A stretch of DNA of 64,000 bases from an uncultured virus (IMG/VR IMGVR_UViG_3300044674_003822) (taxonomy: Duplodnaviria > Heunggongvirae > Uroviricota > Caudoviricetes): the IMG/VR virus record IMGVR_UViG_3300044674_003822, positions 1 through 64,000 of that record; one strand, given 5' to 3'. Below, one piece after another: positions 1 to 9,442 of the stretch (position 1 is the first letter of the stretch; each line of letters begins with the position of its first letter). Both the position numbers and the translations under genes were made by a program. Below the pieces are notes generated by a model. The model worked only from the letters and a program-made list of their open reading frames with translations, made no database searches and had not been told where the DNA came from.

Positions 1-880
1 TTACTTCACTCTTTTCTTTGCCCAATGGTTTGAGCATCTCAGCCATCTTTTCCTTGCGTTCCATCAAGTCCGCTTGTCTCTTGGCTTCCGCCTCCTTGGA
101 CTCAATCACCGCTTGTTTCTCTTCGACGGCCTTCTCAGCGTCTTTTAATTTAAGTGTAGTTTCATCCACAACTCTCATTAACTTCGCAGACTCAGATTTC
201 TCATTTAAGTAAGAATTCTGGTACTCCGATGCAAACGCTTCGAATATTTTCTTACCAAAGTTGATTTCTCTAGCAGATGTAATGTCTTCCTTCAAGCCTT
301 TTAGCTCTTCAGCAAGTTTTTTATTAACTGCAGATTCTACAACTTTAGCAGATCTTGTTATGAAAGCCTCTTTCATCTTAGCCATTTGTTTTTTGGCTTC
401 GGCTACTAGTTTGACTTTCGTTTCCACAACGCCTTTTTTGTCTTCATGGAACTCTTTAATTTCTTTTGCAAGAGCGTTTACTACGAACTCTTCCATTTTC
501 TTAAAGTTTTCATGAACACCTTTTCTGTCGCCGTGTAGTTCTTTTAACTCTTCTGATAGTTTAGATAGGATGAATCCTTCTAATTTAGCAGAATGTTTGC
601 CTACGTTTTCTTTGTAAGCGATTTTTTCTTGTGCAAGTGCTTTTCTGTCTTCAACGAATTTCGTGATCTCTTCAGATAACTTTTCGTTCATCATTTTGTC
701 AATAGCCTCGATCATGTTTGCTTTGTCGTGTTCGTATCTTTTAGCAAACTCTTCTCTTAACTCAGCGCCTACAACTTCTTTGTTTTCTTTAATCTTCGAA
801 TCCCAAGCCTCTTGGATGCCTTTTTGCACATCTTCTGAGATCGCTCCTGACTCTACTAATTTTGATATTGCGTCTATCAT
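1..880 (-). CDS. Prohead core scaffold protein (gp22-like), 3' end runs off the window
   Basis: Open frame from ATG at 880 (MIDAISKLVESGAISEDVQKGIQEAWDSKIKENKE...LREEFAKRYEHDK...) to the window edge; coiled-coil-like, E/K-rich; directly downstream of the prohead protease as in T4-like head operons. Not in the ORF track because it is truncated. Confidence 0.75.
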   Translation of the reverse strand, partial: MIDAISKLVESGAISEDVQKGIQEAWDSKIKENKEVVGAELREEFAKRYEHDKANMIEAIDKMMNEKLSEEITKFVEDRKALAQEKIAYKENVGKHSAKLEGFILSKLSEELKELHGDRKGVHENFKKMEEFVVNALAKEIKEFHEDKKGVVETKVKLVAEAKKQMAKMKEAFITRSAKVVESAVNKKLAEELKGLKEDITSAREINFGKKIFEAFASEYQNSYLNEKSESAKLMRVVDETTLKLKDAEKAVEEKQAVIESKEAEAKRQADLMERKEKMAEMLKPLGKEKSEV

Positions 881-881
881 G

Positions 882-1514
882 TTATTTTAGGTCCTTTATT
901 ATGTTGGTTAGTGCCTCCTTGAGGAACTTTTGTGCTTTTGGGTCATTTCTAACTTCAGCCGCCAACCCTTTTGCCATGTTACCACCCTTTGTATTCATTA
1001 GGTGTTCGTAAATTGGCGTTGGGTAAGCACCTGGTGCCGAAGGTTGGGCAACAACATCGACTGTGATGATCTCGAAGTCTGAAACTTCGCCGCTTCCGTA
1101 TTCGTTCATGTTTCCAGAACCTCTACTTGAAACGCCTAGTTTCACACCTGATTGCAACATAGTTTCGACAAGTTTGCCCATCGGTGTCGGTAGGATTTTC
1201 ATCTTACCGTATCCATTTGGTCCGTCCATCCACATTTCTGTGATCATGTGAGACACACGGTCCAAATTAATCTTTAAATCATCTGGGTGATCCACTTCAC
1301 CTAACACAGAGTATCCAGAACTGATCTGATCGTTCAGTGTTTTAGTCGCTTTTGCGATTTCTGACACTGGGTAAACTCTCTGATTAGCGTTCTTGATCCC
1401 ACCTTGAATACAGATACCCTTCATGTACAAATCCTTACCGTCTTTTCCCTCGTGTAAGATCTGCACTCTGGCCTGATCAAATGTTAGATTCTCTCTTAGG
1501 TATAGTGATGCCAT
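882..1514 (-). CDS. gp21: Prohead core protease (T4 gp21-like)
   Basis: Motifs GICIQGGIKNANQRVYP, LGEVDHP, PTPMGKLV and LGVSSRGSG (His/Ser catalytic motifs of the gp21 family), DVVAQPSAPGAY. Confidence 0.93.
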   Translation of the reverse strand: MASLYLRENLTFDQARVQILHEGKDGKDLYMKGICIQGGIKNANQRVYPVSEIAKATKTLNDQISSGYSVLGEVDHPDDLKINLDRVSHMITEMWMDGPNGYGKMKILPTPMGKLVETMLQSGVKLGVSSRGSGNMNEYGSGEVSDFEIITVDVVAQPSAPGAYPTPIYEHLMNTKGGNMAKGLAAEVRNDPKAQKFLKEALTNIIKDLK

Positions 1515-1541
1515 CCGACGATCTCCCTGTTAAATCAACAA

Positions 1542-2414
1542 TTACTTAGAAGCAACTGGTGATTTTGCTGATTTATCAGAACCATCCGCAGTTGAAGGTT
1601 TAACTTCCTTCATCTTTGGCTCAGTAGTTTGGTTCATGCTTTTCGCTGTTGGAGCCGGTCTTCCTTTTTCTTCTGCTCCGCCTTTAGCGATGTTTGAACC
1701 ACCTTGGCCCATTTTTGTGCCTGCGTCTGCTACTGGTGATTTCTTGTTATCAGCATGGTCGGCAGTGTCCGCTTTAGCCATGTTTTTGTATTCTTTTACA
1801 GTTTCTTTGGCTGGTGCTTCTTTGCTTTCCATCTCTGGAGTTAACTCTGGTGCTAAAGATTCTTCTTCTTTTTCTTCTTCACCGTCTTTTTTGTCGCCCA
1901 TCATTGCTTCGAATTCTGCCTTTAGTTCATCTAAAGCGTCTTCCAAGTCAACTACTCTGTCTTCAACATCGCCTTCTGCGTCTTTTTCAGCGTCCATGTC
2001 TGCTGGCATTTCTTCACCTTTATCTGCATCCATTTCGCCTTCTTCTTCTGCTGAGATGTCTTTAACCAATTCGTCAGTTGCGTCGCCGCCTACTTCTTCA
2101 ATTGATTCTTCTTCAGTAGTTTCAGATTCAGTTGCTTCGTCTTCGATTTCAACAACTTCGTCTACTTGCTCGTCTTTAGATTCTTCAGTAGTTTCTTCTA
2201 CTTTTTCCTCTTCAGATGCTTCAGTTTCTTTAACTTCTTCTTTAGCGTCTTCTTTTGATTCTTCTTTTGCCTCGGCAGTTACTTCTTCGTCTGCTAGGTT
2301 CTCGTAGATGTCTCTTGACTTTTCTACTACGATTTCGTGGAATAAAGCCTCTGCTTTATCGTTTTCTTCATTTATTAGTAATTCTAATAAACTCTCAAAT
2401 TTATTGTTTGACAT
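1542..2414 (-). CDS. Highly acidic prohead core/scaffold-type protein
   Basis: 290 aa, very E/D-rich low-complexity sequence, between portal and protease; AGGAG RBS upstream. Confidence 0.6.
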   Translation of the reverse strand: MSNNKFESLLELLINEENDKAEALFHEIVVEKSRDIYENLADEEVTAEAKEESKEDAKEEVKETEASEEEKVEETTEESKDEQVDEVVEIEDEATESETTEEESIEEVGGDATDELVKDISAEEEGEMDADKGEEMPADMDAEKDAEGDVEDRVVDLEDALDELKAEFEAMMGDKKDGEEEKEEESLAPELTPEMESKEAPAKETVKEYKNMAKADTADHADNKKSPVADAGTKMGQGGSNIAKGGAEEKGRPAPTAKSMNQTTEPKMKEVKPSTADGSDKSAKSPVASK

Positions 2415-2463
2415 TTTACACGTGCTCCTTGTTTTATAGTCGATTTGTACTTATAAGTGTTTG

Positions 2464-2469
2464 TATTTA
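2464..2469 (-). promoter_or_regulatory. Putative late promoter (TAAATA)
   Basis: TAAATA core of the T4-type late promoter TATAAATA, ~50 nt upstream of the 2414 start; the phage encodes a gp55-like sigma factor. Confidence 0.55.
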
Positions 2470-2521
2470 CTGCAAAGGTACGAAAACGGTGGTGTAACTG
2501 GTGTAAAATGACGTCTTTTTG

Positions 2522-3148
2522 TTATCTTTTAATCTGGAGTTCGAATTTTGCCAGGAATTCTTCAGTTGAGGTGTGTTTCATGTTGTCTGCCCAGGTCAGA
2601 TCTTTGGGTTGGAACCATCCCGCAGGCACAACTCTATGGAACTTGACCTCCTTGTAATCTTGTAGGCAACGCTTGGTCTGATTCATCCAGTTGCCGTAGA
2701 ACGTGGCCTCGTCGTTGCTTTTCTTGTAGTTCCTTGTGTCCTTGAACATGTTGTTGAAACGGAATCTGTTGTTTTTGTTGCCTTCGGCATGACCTTGATA
2801 GTCAAACCCCAGTATGTAGATCTCCTTGTGTCCTTGGTCACAGGCCAATTTCAATGCTGTTGGACCGCTTGACCAACCCAGACTAGGCTTGAACCAGTTG
2901 ACATGATCCATTATTTTCTGGTTTTTGTTGTATTGGTTGTTGAAATTGCTCCATACTTTATTATGTACAGGATAATCTGATTCCGCTATCTCTAAAATCA
3001 TCTTTGGATCAACTGCCACAAGGAAGTCGGGACGGTGTGTTCTGTACACACCATTGCAGGCAAAAACCGTGCCTCGTTCTTTGAGGTCATCGATATCGAT
3101 GCCCTTACGTGATTCACCGTTACCTAGTACGAACGCTATTGATGACAT
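2522..3148 (-). CDS. MptE-like/DUF115 (Maf or sialyltransferase-like) nucleotide-sugar transferase-fold protein
   Basis: AFVLGNGESR...VFACN...PDFLVAVD...SSGPTALKLA...EIYILGFDY motif series typical of the Maf/GT42/MptE-like Rossmann fold. Confidence 0.6.
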   Translation of the reverse strand: MSSIAFVLGNGESRKGIDIDDLKERGTVFACNGVYRTHRPDFLVAVDPKMILEIAESDYPVHNKVWSNFNNQYNKNQKIMDHVNWFKPSLGWSSGPTALKLACDQGHKEIYILGFDYQGHAEGNKNNRFRFNNMFKDTRNYKKSNDEATFYGNWMNQTKRCLQDYKEVKFHRVVPAGWFQPKDLTWADNMKHTSTEEFLAKFELQIKR

Positions 3149-3390
3149 TATAACGTTAAGTTATCGTCTGTGGCAGGTTGTCCGTACATCTTTTGGACAA
3201 ATACTGCTTCTTCCTTTTGTTGAGCATCGTGTGCCTCAGATGCCAACCTCATAGAGTTGATTTGTTTGAGTGTTAGTCTTGTTTTTCTTGTGTCTTCTGA
3301 ATCTAGAATGGAAATATCGTTCTCAGGCTCGTATGTTTTGTCCTGTTCAAGGCCATCTGCGCCGTAAGTGAAGAATTCATTCAGTTTCAT
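3148..3390 (-). CDS. Small hypothetical head-module protein
   Basis: 80-aa ORF immediately downstream of portal; stop overlaps the next start; TAAATA 5 nt upstream of the ATG. Confidence 0.7.
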   Translation of the reverse strand: MKLNEFFTYGADGLEQDKTYEPENDISILDSEDTRKTRLTLKQINSMRLASEAHDAQQKEEAVFVQKMYGQPATDDNLTL

Positions 3391-3405
3391 AAACGTATTT
3401 AACCC

Positions 3406-5136
3406 TTATACCTGTCCGCCGCCACCTGTGCCACCTGGCGTCTGTCCACCTGGCGTCTGTCCTGGCTGTCCTGGCTGTGCTCCGCCTGGTTCTGGTGCGT
3501 CTACATCTGCTGTTGGCTCTTCGAATTGATCCAGGTCGGCACTGATACCCGATTGTGTAACTCCACCACCTCTCAATTCATTTGATTTAGTTTGTTTCTT
3601 CTGTGGTACATTGTTTTCTTCTGCCCAAAGTTCGGCATTTCTTGCCATTTCTTCTTCGCTCAATCCTAAATATCTTTTTAGTGCAAATCTTTTACTCATG
3701 TAAGGCAGTTCTGCCACCTGTGAAAATGTGTTGACCCTGCTTTGGTCCATTTCTGTCTGTCTGTACTGTGCAAAGTTCTGTGGTGGATTCAATTTAAGAC
3801 CAAACATACTGTTGTCTATGTTGTATCCTTTTGATTTGATCCATAATTTGAACTCACTGTCAAATGTTTCTGCCAACATTGATTGTAATCTAGCACAATA
3901 CTTGTTGAATCTCAATTCCTGGATGTATGCAGTACCCACTCTACCATCATTGTACTGTTGTCCACCGTCTTCTGCACCTGTTGGTAGATAAGAACTTGGA
4001 ATTCTCAATCCTCTGAACAGTTTGTTTGTGAAGAATCTCAAGTCATCTATCTCACCAAGGTTTGTACCACCCGGTAGTGTGTCCACTTTAGAACCTCTAC
4101 CCTCTGCTGTCTGTGGGAAGAAGTAATCTTCGTTTATTGACATTGGGTTGTATGTTGCATCTATGAAGTTTGCTCCACCTGATGCACTTGGAATTCTTCT
4201 TTGGTTGATCTCGTTTTTGACCCTCTCAACGAACTGCATAGCCAAGTGTGTTGGCATGTTACCCACGTCTATGTAGAATACCCTTCTTTCAGGTGCTCTT
4301 TGAACCCTGTAGATGATGATTGCGTCTTCTAATAATTCTTTTTGTTTGTAAACCTTGAATACTTGTTCTAACACCGACTGTCCAAATGGGAATAGGTTGT
4401 CTAGACCATCTGACATTGACATGTGGATCACATGTTCTGCGTTTATGTTGTACGCATTCATGGTCTTGTAGAATCTTCCACCTGCGTTTCCGCCTGCGAA
4501 GCCTGACATGTTGTTTGTGGCACCTGCGTTTGCATAACTTGATCCGTATGCCGCTGTTCCACCGCCTGTGGTTCCACCACCACCATAAGTTTGATTTGGT
4601 GTGATCTGTGTTGCACTCAATCTCTGTAAGTTAGGGTTTATATCTCTGATCACATACTGTTCAGGTTTCTTGCCCTCTGATTCATTTACAACGATCCTGT
4701 CAACTTTGGCGTTGTCTATGTACAACCATTTCTGTGTTTCCGGATCCCTAACGAAGAAACAGTCTCCGTATTTTAATGCGTTCCTGAATATCCTAAAAAT
4801 TCTCTTGTTGAACTTGTTTGACTTGGTCCATTGTTGAAGTGCCTTCTTGAGAAGTTTCACTTCGTGTTCTGTTGTCTCATCATTGAACACTATGTCGAAC
4901 GGAGTTTCGTTCTCTGTGTTCTGCTGTGTCGAGAATTCCGCCAGGATGTCCAGTGCCGCATTGATCTCCGAGTCTGAATCCATTTGGTCATACTGGAAGT
5001 ATCTCTGTATCCTGTTGGGGTGTCCTGTGTACACGTCCGGAAGATAGGAACTGTAATTCCTCTTCGCGAAGTTGGGCACTTTCTCTCCACTTATGGGAGA
5101 AAGGTTAGCGTCTTTAAAATATTTTTTCCAAGCCAT
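3406..5136 (-). CDS. gp20: Portal vertex protein (T4 gp20-like)
   Basis: LLEDAIIIYRVQRAPERRVFYIDVGNMP, EDYFFPQTAEGRGSKVDTLPGG and ELRFNKYCARLQ motifs of the gp20 portal. Confidence 0.95.
   Translation of the reverse strand: MAWKKYFKDANLSPISGEKVPNFAKRNYSSYLPDVYTGHPNRIQRYFQYDQMDSDSEINAALDILAEFSTQQNTENETPFDIVFNDETTEHEVKLLKKALQQWTKSNKFNKRIFRIFRNALKYGDCFFVRDPETQKWLYIDNAKVDRIVVNESEGKKPEQYVIRDINPNLQRLSATQITPNQTYGGGGTTGGGTAAYGSSYANAGATNNMSGFAGGNAGGRFYKTMNAYNINAEHVIHMSMSDGLDNLFPFGQSVLEQVFKVYKQKELLEDAIIIYRVQRAPERRVFYIDVGNMPTHLAMQFVERVKNEINQRRIPSASGGANFIDATYNPMSINEDYFFPQTAEGRGSKVDTLPGGTNLGEIDDLRFFTNKLFRGLRIPSSYLPTGAEDGGQQYNDGRVGTAYIQELRFNKYCARLQSMLAETFDSEFKLWIKSKGYNIDNSMFGLKLNPPQNFAQYRQTEMDQSRVNTFSQVAELPYMSKRFALKRYLGLSEEEMARNAELWAEENNVPQKKQTKSNELRGGGVTQSGISADLDQFEEPTADVDAPEPGGAQPGQPGQTPGGQTPGGTGGGGQV
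3432..3478. repeat. Short tandem repeats encoding the Pro/Gly/Gln portal tail
   Basis: cacctggcgtctgtc twice, then ctggctgt twice; encodes QPGQPGQTPGGQTPGG. Confidence 0.6.
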
Positions 5137-5142
5137 ACTTTA

Positions 5143-7404
5143 TTATACTAGACTTCCTGTCATGTTTGCAACATTATTATTCATGTTTTTGGTATTTCTT
5201 TCAATCATACTTGCTATCATGTTGTTCGTATTTAACGTTTTGTTGAGGTTGTTGATAGCCACTACCAACTTGTCTTCTCCTCCGCCGGTTATTTTGTCTT
5301 TAACCAACATAATACTGTCTTTGAAATCCTTCAATCCATCCTTAAAATTATTGAGTTCCAATGTTTGTGCATTTTTCAGTGGATCTCCCTCCATTGTGCC
5401 CCGGTACATGGCATCGTGTGCGCCAAGTAACCCAATCATTTGTTTTGGTGTGACCACTGCTTCCATGCCGTGTAGCATGGCCGGTGTTCCACTGCCGAAG
5501 TTCTGGAACAGTGCTCCTGTTCCCATGGTTCCTTTGTTGAACATGGATTTGGCATCTACTGCATCTTCATTGTACCCTTTGAATATTCCATACCCTGCAC
5601 CAAGTATTCCTCCTATTGCGGCTCCAACTGCTGTTCCCACAATAGGTATCGCAGATCCTATCATTGCACCAGTTAACGCACCGCCTGCCGCGGCTCCGCC
5701 AACACCTAAACCTTTTTTCGCGTGGGTGTCTGCACCTGCGGCATACTCACCACTGGCACCAGCAATACCTACACCGGCCAACGCCCCACCTGCCTTTAAT
5801 CCTGCTTTTCCCATTCGAGCCATGACACCTGACTTGCCCATTCCTATCGCTGTACCCAGTGCCACAATGCTGACCTGCTTGGCGAAGTCAAATATCAGTG
5901 CCCCCGCCAGTGCCGCCATCAGCGCCTTGCCGAAGTTGGCCGGACTGAAACCCTTGATCGTCTCAACAATTTTTTCCACGTATCCTTTGAAATCACCTGT
6001 GATGAATTCTGTAAACCTTGTTATGGCTGGGGTCAGTCCTGATAAAAATTGTGTCTGTACTTCAGCGAACGCGGTCTTCAATCTTCTCATCTCTTCATTG
6101 AATGGCATCATGGTTTCTGCCAGTTCTTTGGCTTTTGCCGCTTGTTCGGCCGCGGCCTCGCCTACATCCATCTGTTGTGTGGCAAAGTAGTTCATCGCAT
6201 TGGCAAGTTCTGGAAACTGCCTCAAGATTATCTGATCCATCTCATCCATAAAGCCTTGGGCGTGCGGTTTAAACATGGCCATTATTTCTGGTGCTGTTTT
6301 ACCTGCTTTAACCAAGTTTTTGAAGTTCAAGAACAGATCCGCGATCTCTGGATTAAGACCCATTAACTGTTCACCGAGTTCGTCAAACGGTACACCAGAT
6401 TCCATCATCATCTTGGCGTTGTCATGCATGGCGGGTGCCATCACTTTCAATCCTGCCAGGAATAGGTTCGCTTGAGTCGCCTGGTCTTCAGTCAGTCCGG
6501 TCAATGCCTTTTGGAGTAGTGCATCTTTCTGCTGAGCCTTGACTTCGTCATCGATCTGTTTTCTCTGGATACCTGTTGTTTTGGCTAATAGATCAAGTTG
6601 TTTGGCGTACTTGGTAGTTCTCTCGGCCACCTGTCGTGCTGTCAGTGTTTCTTTTATTTCCGCGAATCTCTGTCTTTCCAGGTACGTGCCCATGTAGTCG
6701 TTGAGCTCTTCTGTTGTGATACCAAGATTGAACAGACCGTCTGCCAAGGCCTTGTCCCTTATGGACAGTGAGAACTGTGCAAGGTTCTTTATACCCTGTT
6801 CCGTGGTACCAAAAAGTGATGACAGTGCTAATGCGTTGTCGGCTACTAATCCGCCAAACTCACCCAGTGGTAACATCGCGGAGTGTGCCATCTCCCTCAT
6901 GCCGATCAAACTCTTACCAAAACTTGCACCGACCTGAGACAACTCCCTGAACACATTCACATTGTAGTCTAGGCTTCCTGCAAGTGCCTGAACTGCGTCT
7001 CCGGCCAGTCCAAATCTGGAAAACATGCCCGCCAGTTGTTCCATGTCATTGGACGCCGAGGCCGCACCGTCGCCTAACTTGAACATTGTCTTCACAAATG
7101 GTCCGGCAAAACTAGTGGCCTTGTCTAAAGAATCGGAGAACTCCGCTACGGATTCTTCTGCCTTGTCAAATTCCTTGTTGATATCTTTTAAGTTTTTTAT
7201 CTCTTCATCATCGAGTTTTTTCTTTGCCTTCATCGACTTGATGGTTGCTTCTAACTGTTTCTGAAATTCTTTCTGCTCTTTTGCTGATTTACCAGCCAGT
7301 GAGCCCGTTATGGCACCCGAACGAGATTTGTCGTCGGTCATCCTCTTTAGGGTTTCTATGAGTTTTTCTATTTCTCTTTCCAATTCCATATGGTTTTTAA
7401 TCAC
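5143..7404 (-). CDS. Tape measure-like protein
   Basis: 753 aa, helical A/K/E-rich body, Gly/Ala-rich hydrophobic segment (GAMIGSAIPIVGTAVGAAIGG), C-terminal FG.GTPAMLHG.EAVV motif; adjacent to the hub chaperone genes. Confidence 0.7.
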   Translation of the reverse strand: MIKNHMELEREIEKLIETLKRMTDDKSRSGAITGSLAGKSAKEQKEFQKQLEATIKSMKAKKKLDDEEIKNLKDINKEFDKAEESVAEFSDSLDKATSFAGPFVKTMFKLGDGAASASNDMEQLAGMFSRFGLAGDAVQALAGSLDYNVNVFRELSQVGASFGKSLIGMREMAHSAMLPLGEFGGLVADNALALSSLFGTTEQGIKNLAQFSLSIRDKALADGLFNLGITTEELNDYMGTYLERQRFAEIKETLTARQVAERTTKYAKQLDLLAKTTGIQRKQIDDEVKAQQKDALLQKALTGLTEDQATQANLFLAGLKVMAPAMHDNAKMMMESGVPFDELGEQLMGLNPEIADLFLNFKNLVKAGKTAPEIMAMFKPHAQGFMDEMDQIILRQFPELANAMNYFATQQMDVGEAAAEQAAKAKELAETMMPFNEEMRRLKTAFAEVQTQFLSGLTPAITRFTEFITGDFKGYVEKIVETIKGFSPANFGKALMAALAGALIFDFAKQVSIVALGTAIGMGKSGVMARMGKAGLKAGGALAGVGIAGASGEYAAGADTHAKKGLGVGGAAAGGALTGAMIGSAIPIVGTAVGAAIGGILGAGYGIFKGYNEDAVDAKSMFNKGTMGTGALFQNFGSGTPAMLHGMEAVVTPKQMIGLLGAHDAMYRGTMEGDPLKNAQTLELNNFKDGLKDFKDSIMLVKDKITGGGEDKLVVAINNLNKTLNTNNMIASMIERNTKNMNNNVANMTGSLV

Positions 7405-7419
7405 CGGGTTTTATACGCA

Positions 7420-7460
7420 CATAAATATTGACACGTAACAGCAACTATACTATATTTATA
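7420..7460. promoter_or_regulatory. Overlapping promoters between divergent genes
   Basis: Plus strand CATAAATA at 7420-7427 and TTGACA(7428-7433)-17 nt-TATATT(7451-7456); minus strand TATAAATA at 7460-7453. Confidence 0.65.
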
Positions 7461-7473
7461 GACACAAAAAACC

Positions 7474-8382
7474 ATGGATAAGCCATTAACAAACATGCCA
7501 AACATACCAGGAACGCCCACAACTAGTGCGGCTGAAAATCCACTTAAAAAATATTACAGACAACCGTCGATCTACATCAAGTTGCCCTCCAAGGGACGGT
7601 TCTACGATGCAGACAGTTTCACACCCACAGAGACCGGTGACATACCCATATTGCCGATGACAGCAAAGGATGAGATGACTTTGAAGACACCAGACGCACT
7701 GATCAACGGTCAGGCCACGGTCGATGTCATCGAAAGTTGTGTGCCGAACATCAAGAATGCCTGGAGGATCGTCAATCATGACTTGGACGTCATACTATTG
7801 GCCATGAGGATTGCGACCTATGGTGAGAGCATGACCTTAACTGGTTCGGTGCCTAATACCTCAGATACTGTGGAACACACAGTCAGCCTTCCGGCAATGT
7901 TGGAAGAGGCGGCCAAAGAAGAAATCACAGACACTTTTGCAACCAAGAGCGGGTTTCAGGTCAAAGTAAAACCAATGGACTACAAGCAGTTAACAGACAC
8001 ACAGATCGGTGCATTCGAGAAACAGAAACAGTACGCGGCGATGATGTCAAAAGAAGGGATAGACCCTGAGGAAAAAGGAAAACTGTTTGCTGAAAACTTC
8101 AAGCAGTTGACTGAATTGAACTTCAACGTGCTCTACAATGCGATAGCAGAACTACACACACCAGATGCTATTGTGGTTAAGGACCACGAACAAATAAAAG
8201 AATTTCTTGACAACGCACCAAAAAAAGTTGTCGAGGAGATACAAGAAGGCCTTGCAAAGAACAGAATACAAGGAAGCATCAAACCTATCAAGTTGAAAGC
8301 AACTGAAGAGCAGATCATGAAAGGTGCTCCGGCCAATTACGAAATGCCGATCACGTTTGATAGCTCAAATTTTTTCGCATAA
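7474..8382 (+). CDS. gp26: Baseplate hub assembly chaperone (gp26-like)
   Basis: NPLKKYYRQPSIYIKLPSKG...PMTAKDE...TPDALING...DLDVILLAMRIATYGE, characteristic of gp26-like proteins; ends in the slippery sequence encoding SNFFA. Confidence 0.75.
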   Translation: MDKPLTNMPNIPGTPTTSAAENPLKKYYRQPSIYIKLPSKGRFYDADSFTPTETGDIPILPMTAKDEMTLKTPDALINGQATVDVIESCVPNIKNAWRIVNHDLDVILLAMRIATYGESMTLTGSVPNTSDTVEHTVSLPAMLEEAAKEEITDTFATKSGFQVKVKPMDYKQLTDTQIGAFEKQKQYAAMMSKEGIDPEEKGKLFAENFKQLTELNFNVLYNAIAELHTPDAIVVKDHEQIKEFLDNAPKKVVEEIQEGLAKNRIQGSIKPIKLKATEEQIMKGAPANYEMPITFDSSNFFA

Positions 8383-8393
8383 ATCTGCTGTCA

Positions 8394-8606
8394 ATGGGGG
8401 ACTCTGACATTATCAAGTACCTCAAGGAGTTCGACAGCCATATCAAGAACATGAAAATGGAAGTATTCAAGACCATGTGGTACATGCGTGGGGGCATATC
8501 CCATCAGGAAGCACTGAATCTGAGCCCGGAAGACAGGAAGGTAATACATGCTTTGGTAAAAGAAAACATGGAGACAACCAAAAAAACCGGTCAGCCTTTC
8601 TTCTAG
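8394..8606 (+). CDS. Baseplate hub assembly catalyst (gp51-like); possibly made as a -1 frameshift fusion with the upstream gene
   Basis: WYMRGGISHQEALNLSPEDR motif; the -1 frame is open from the slippery site at 8367 to this ATG. Confidence 0.6.
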   Translation: MGDSDIIKYLKEFDSHIKNMKMEVFKTMWYMRGGISHQEALNLSPEDRKVIHALVKENMETTKKTGQPFF

Positions 8607-8658
8607 AATATAGTATACTATTATAACATTTGAAAATGCAGATAATTAACACTTACAT

Positions 8659-8979
8659 ATGTCCGAAAAAGACCTAGTCAAAGAACTCAAATCCGAAATC
8701 GTAGAAATCACAAAAGACCGTGATGATGCTTTGTCTAAGGTGAAGGCCAAGGAGAGCCGGATGAAGCAGGTGTTGATCAAACTGGAACACGCCACACAGG
8801 ATGTGCAGACAGTGGGCCACAAGATAGGTGAACAGAACAAGCAGATAGCGGAACTGCAGGCCAAGTTGGACACCAAGGGCCGACTGCTTGACGAGGCCCT
8901 GCAGAAAATCAAGGACATACATGACGACTCAACAGAAAAAACAGAACCCGACACAGACGATAAAGAATTGGATCAGTGA
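8659..8979 (+). CDS. Coiled-coil hypothetical protein
   Basis: 106-aa heptad-rich ORF with phage-like codon usage. Confidence 0.65.
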   Translation: MSEKDLVKELKSEIVEITKDRDDALSKVKAKESRMKQVLIKLEHATQDVQTVGHKIGEQNKQIAELQAKLDTKGRLLDEALQKIKDIHDDSTEKTEPDTDDKELDQ

Positions 8980-9442
8980 GTTTGTAACCAAACCCAATCC
9001 CATATTCGGTGACCTGCCGCCGTGCCCATTCGCACAGAAGGCCATAGTGGAAGATAAAGTCGAATTTGTCGAATTGAATGGCACTGGCAACTACAACACA
9101 TTATATCAGTTCATAACACAGTTTGATTTCGAAGAAAAAGATGTATTGTGTATGATCGCTGAACCCGATCAATTTTCCGCCAAAGAGACTGTCAGTATAG
9201 CAAATGACTTGAATCGATATTTCATGAGGAAGGACATTGTTGTCCTGGAAGATCATCCAGAAATCAATGAGCACGTCGAGGATGTGAAATTGAACAACGG
9301 CAAGTATATTTTATTTTTGGCACAGAGTTTAAGCAAGTTGAACAAATTCTCCAAGATGTTGGAGACCGGACCTTACTACAAGAATTGGTCTAAAGGTTAT
9401 CTGGAATCAGTGAAAGGTTTCCGAGAGAAGAAAAGTCAGTAA
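8921..9442 (+). CDS. DUF1415-like protein (PPCPFA motif)
   Basis: IKNWISEFVTKPNPIFGDLPPCPFAQKA and LEDHP motifs; AAGGA RBS at 8911-8915 favours ATG 8921 over the track's 8888 start. Confidence 0.55.
   Translation: MTTQQKKQNPTQTIKNWISEFVTKPNPIFGDLPPCPFAQKAIVEDKVEFVELNGTGNYNTLYQFITQFDFEEKDVLCMIAEPDQFSAKETVSIANDLNRYFMRKDIVVLEDHPEINEHVEDVKLNNGKYILFLAQSLSKLNKFSKMLETGPYYKNWSKGYLESVKGFREKKSQ

Noticed and set aside
5072..6190. Long antisense ORFs (e.g. 5072..6190, 1636..2307, 19167..19871, 20832..21620, 60141..60824)
   Set aside because: They lie fully opposite well-supported genes and have the composition expected of antisense shadows.
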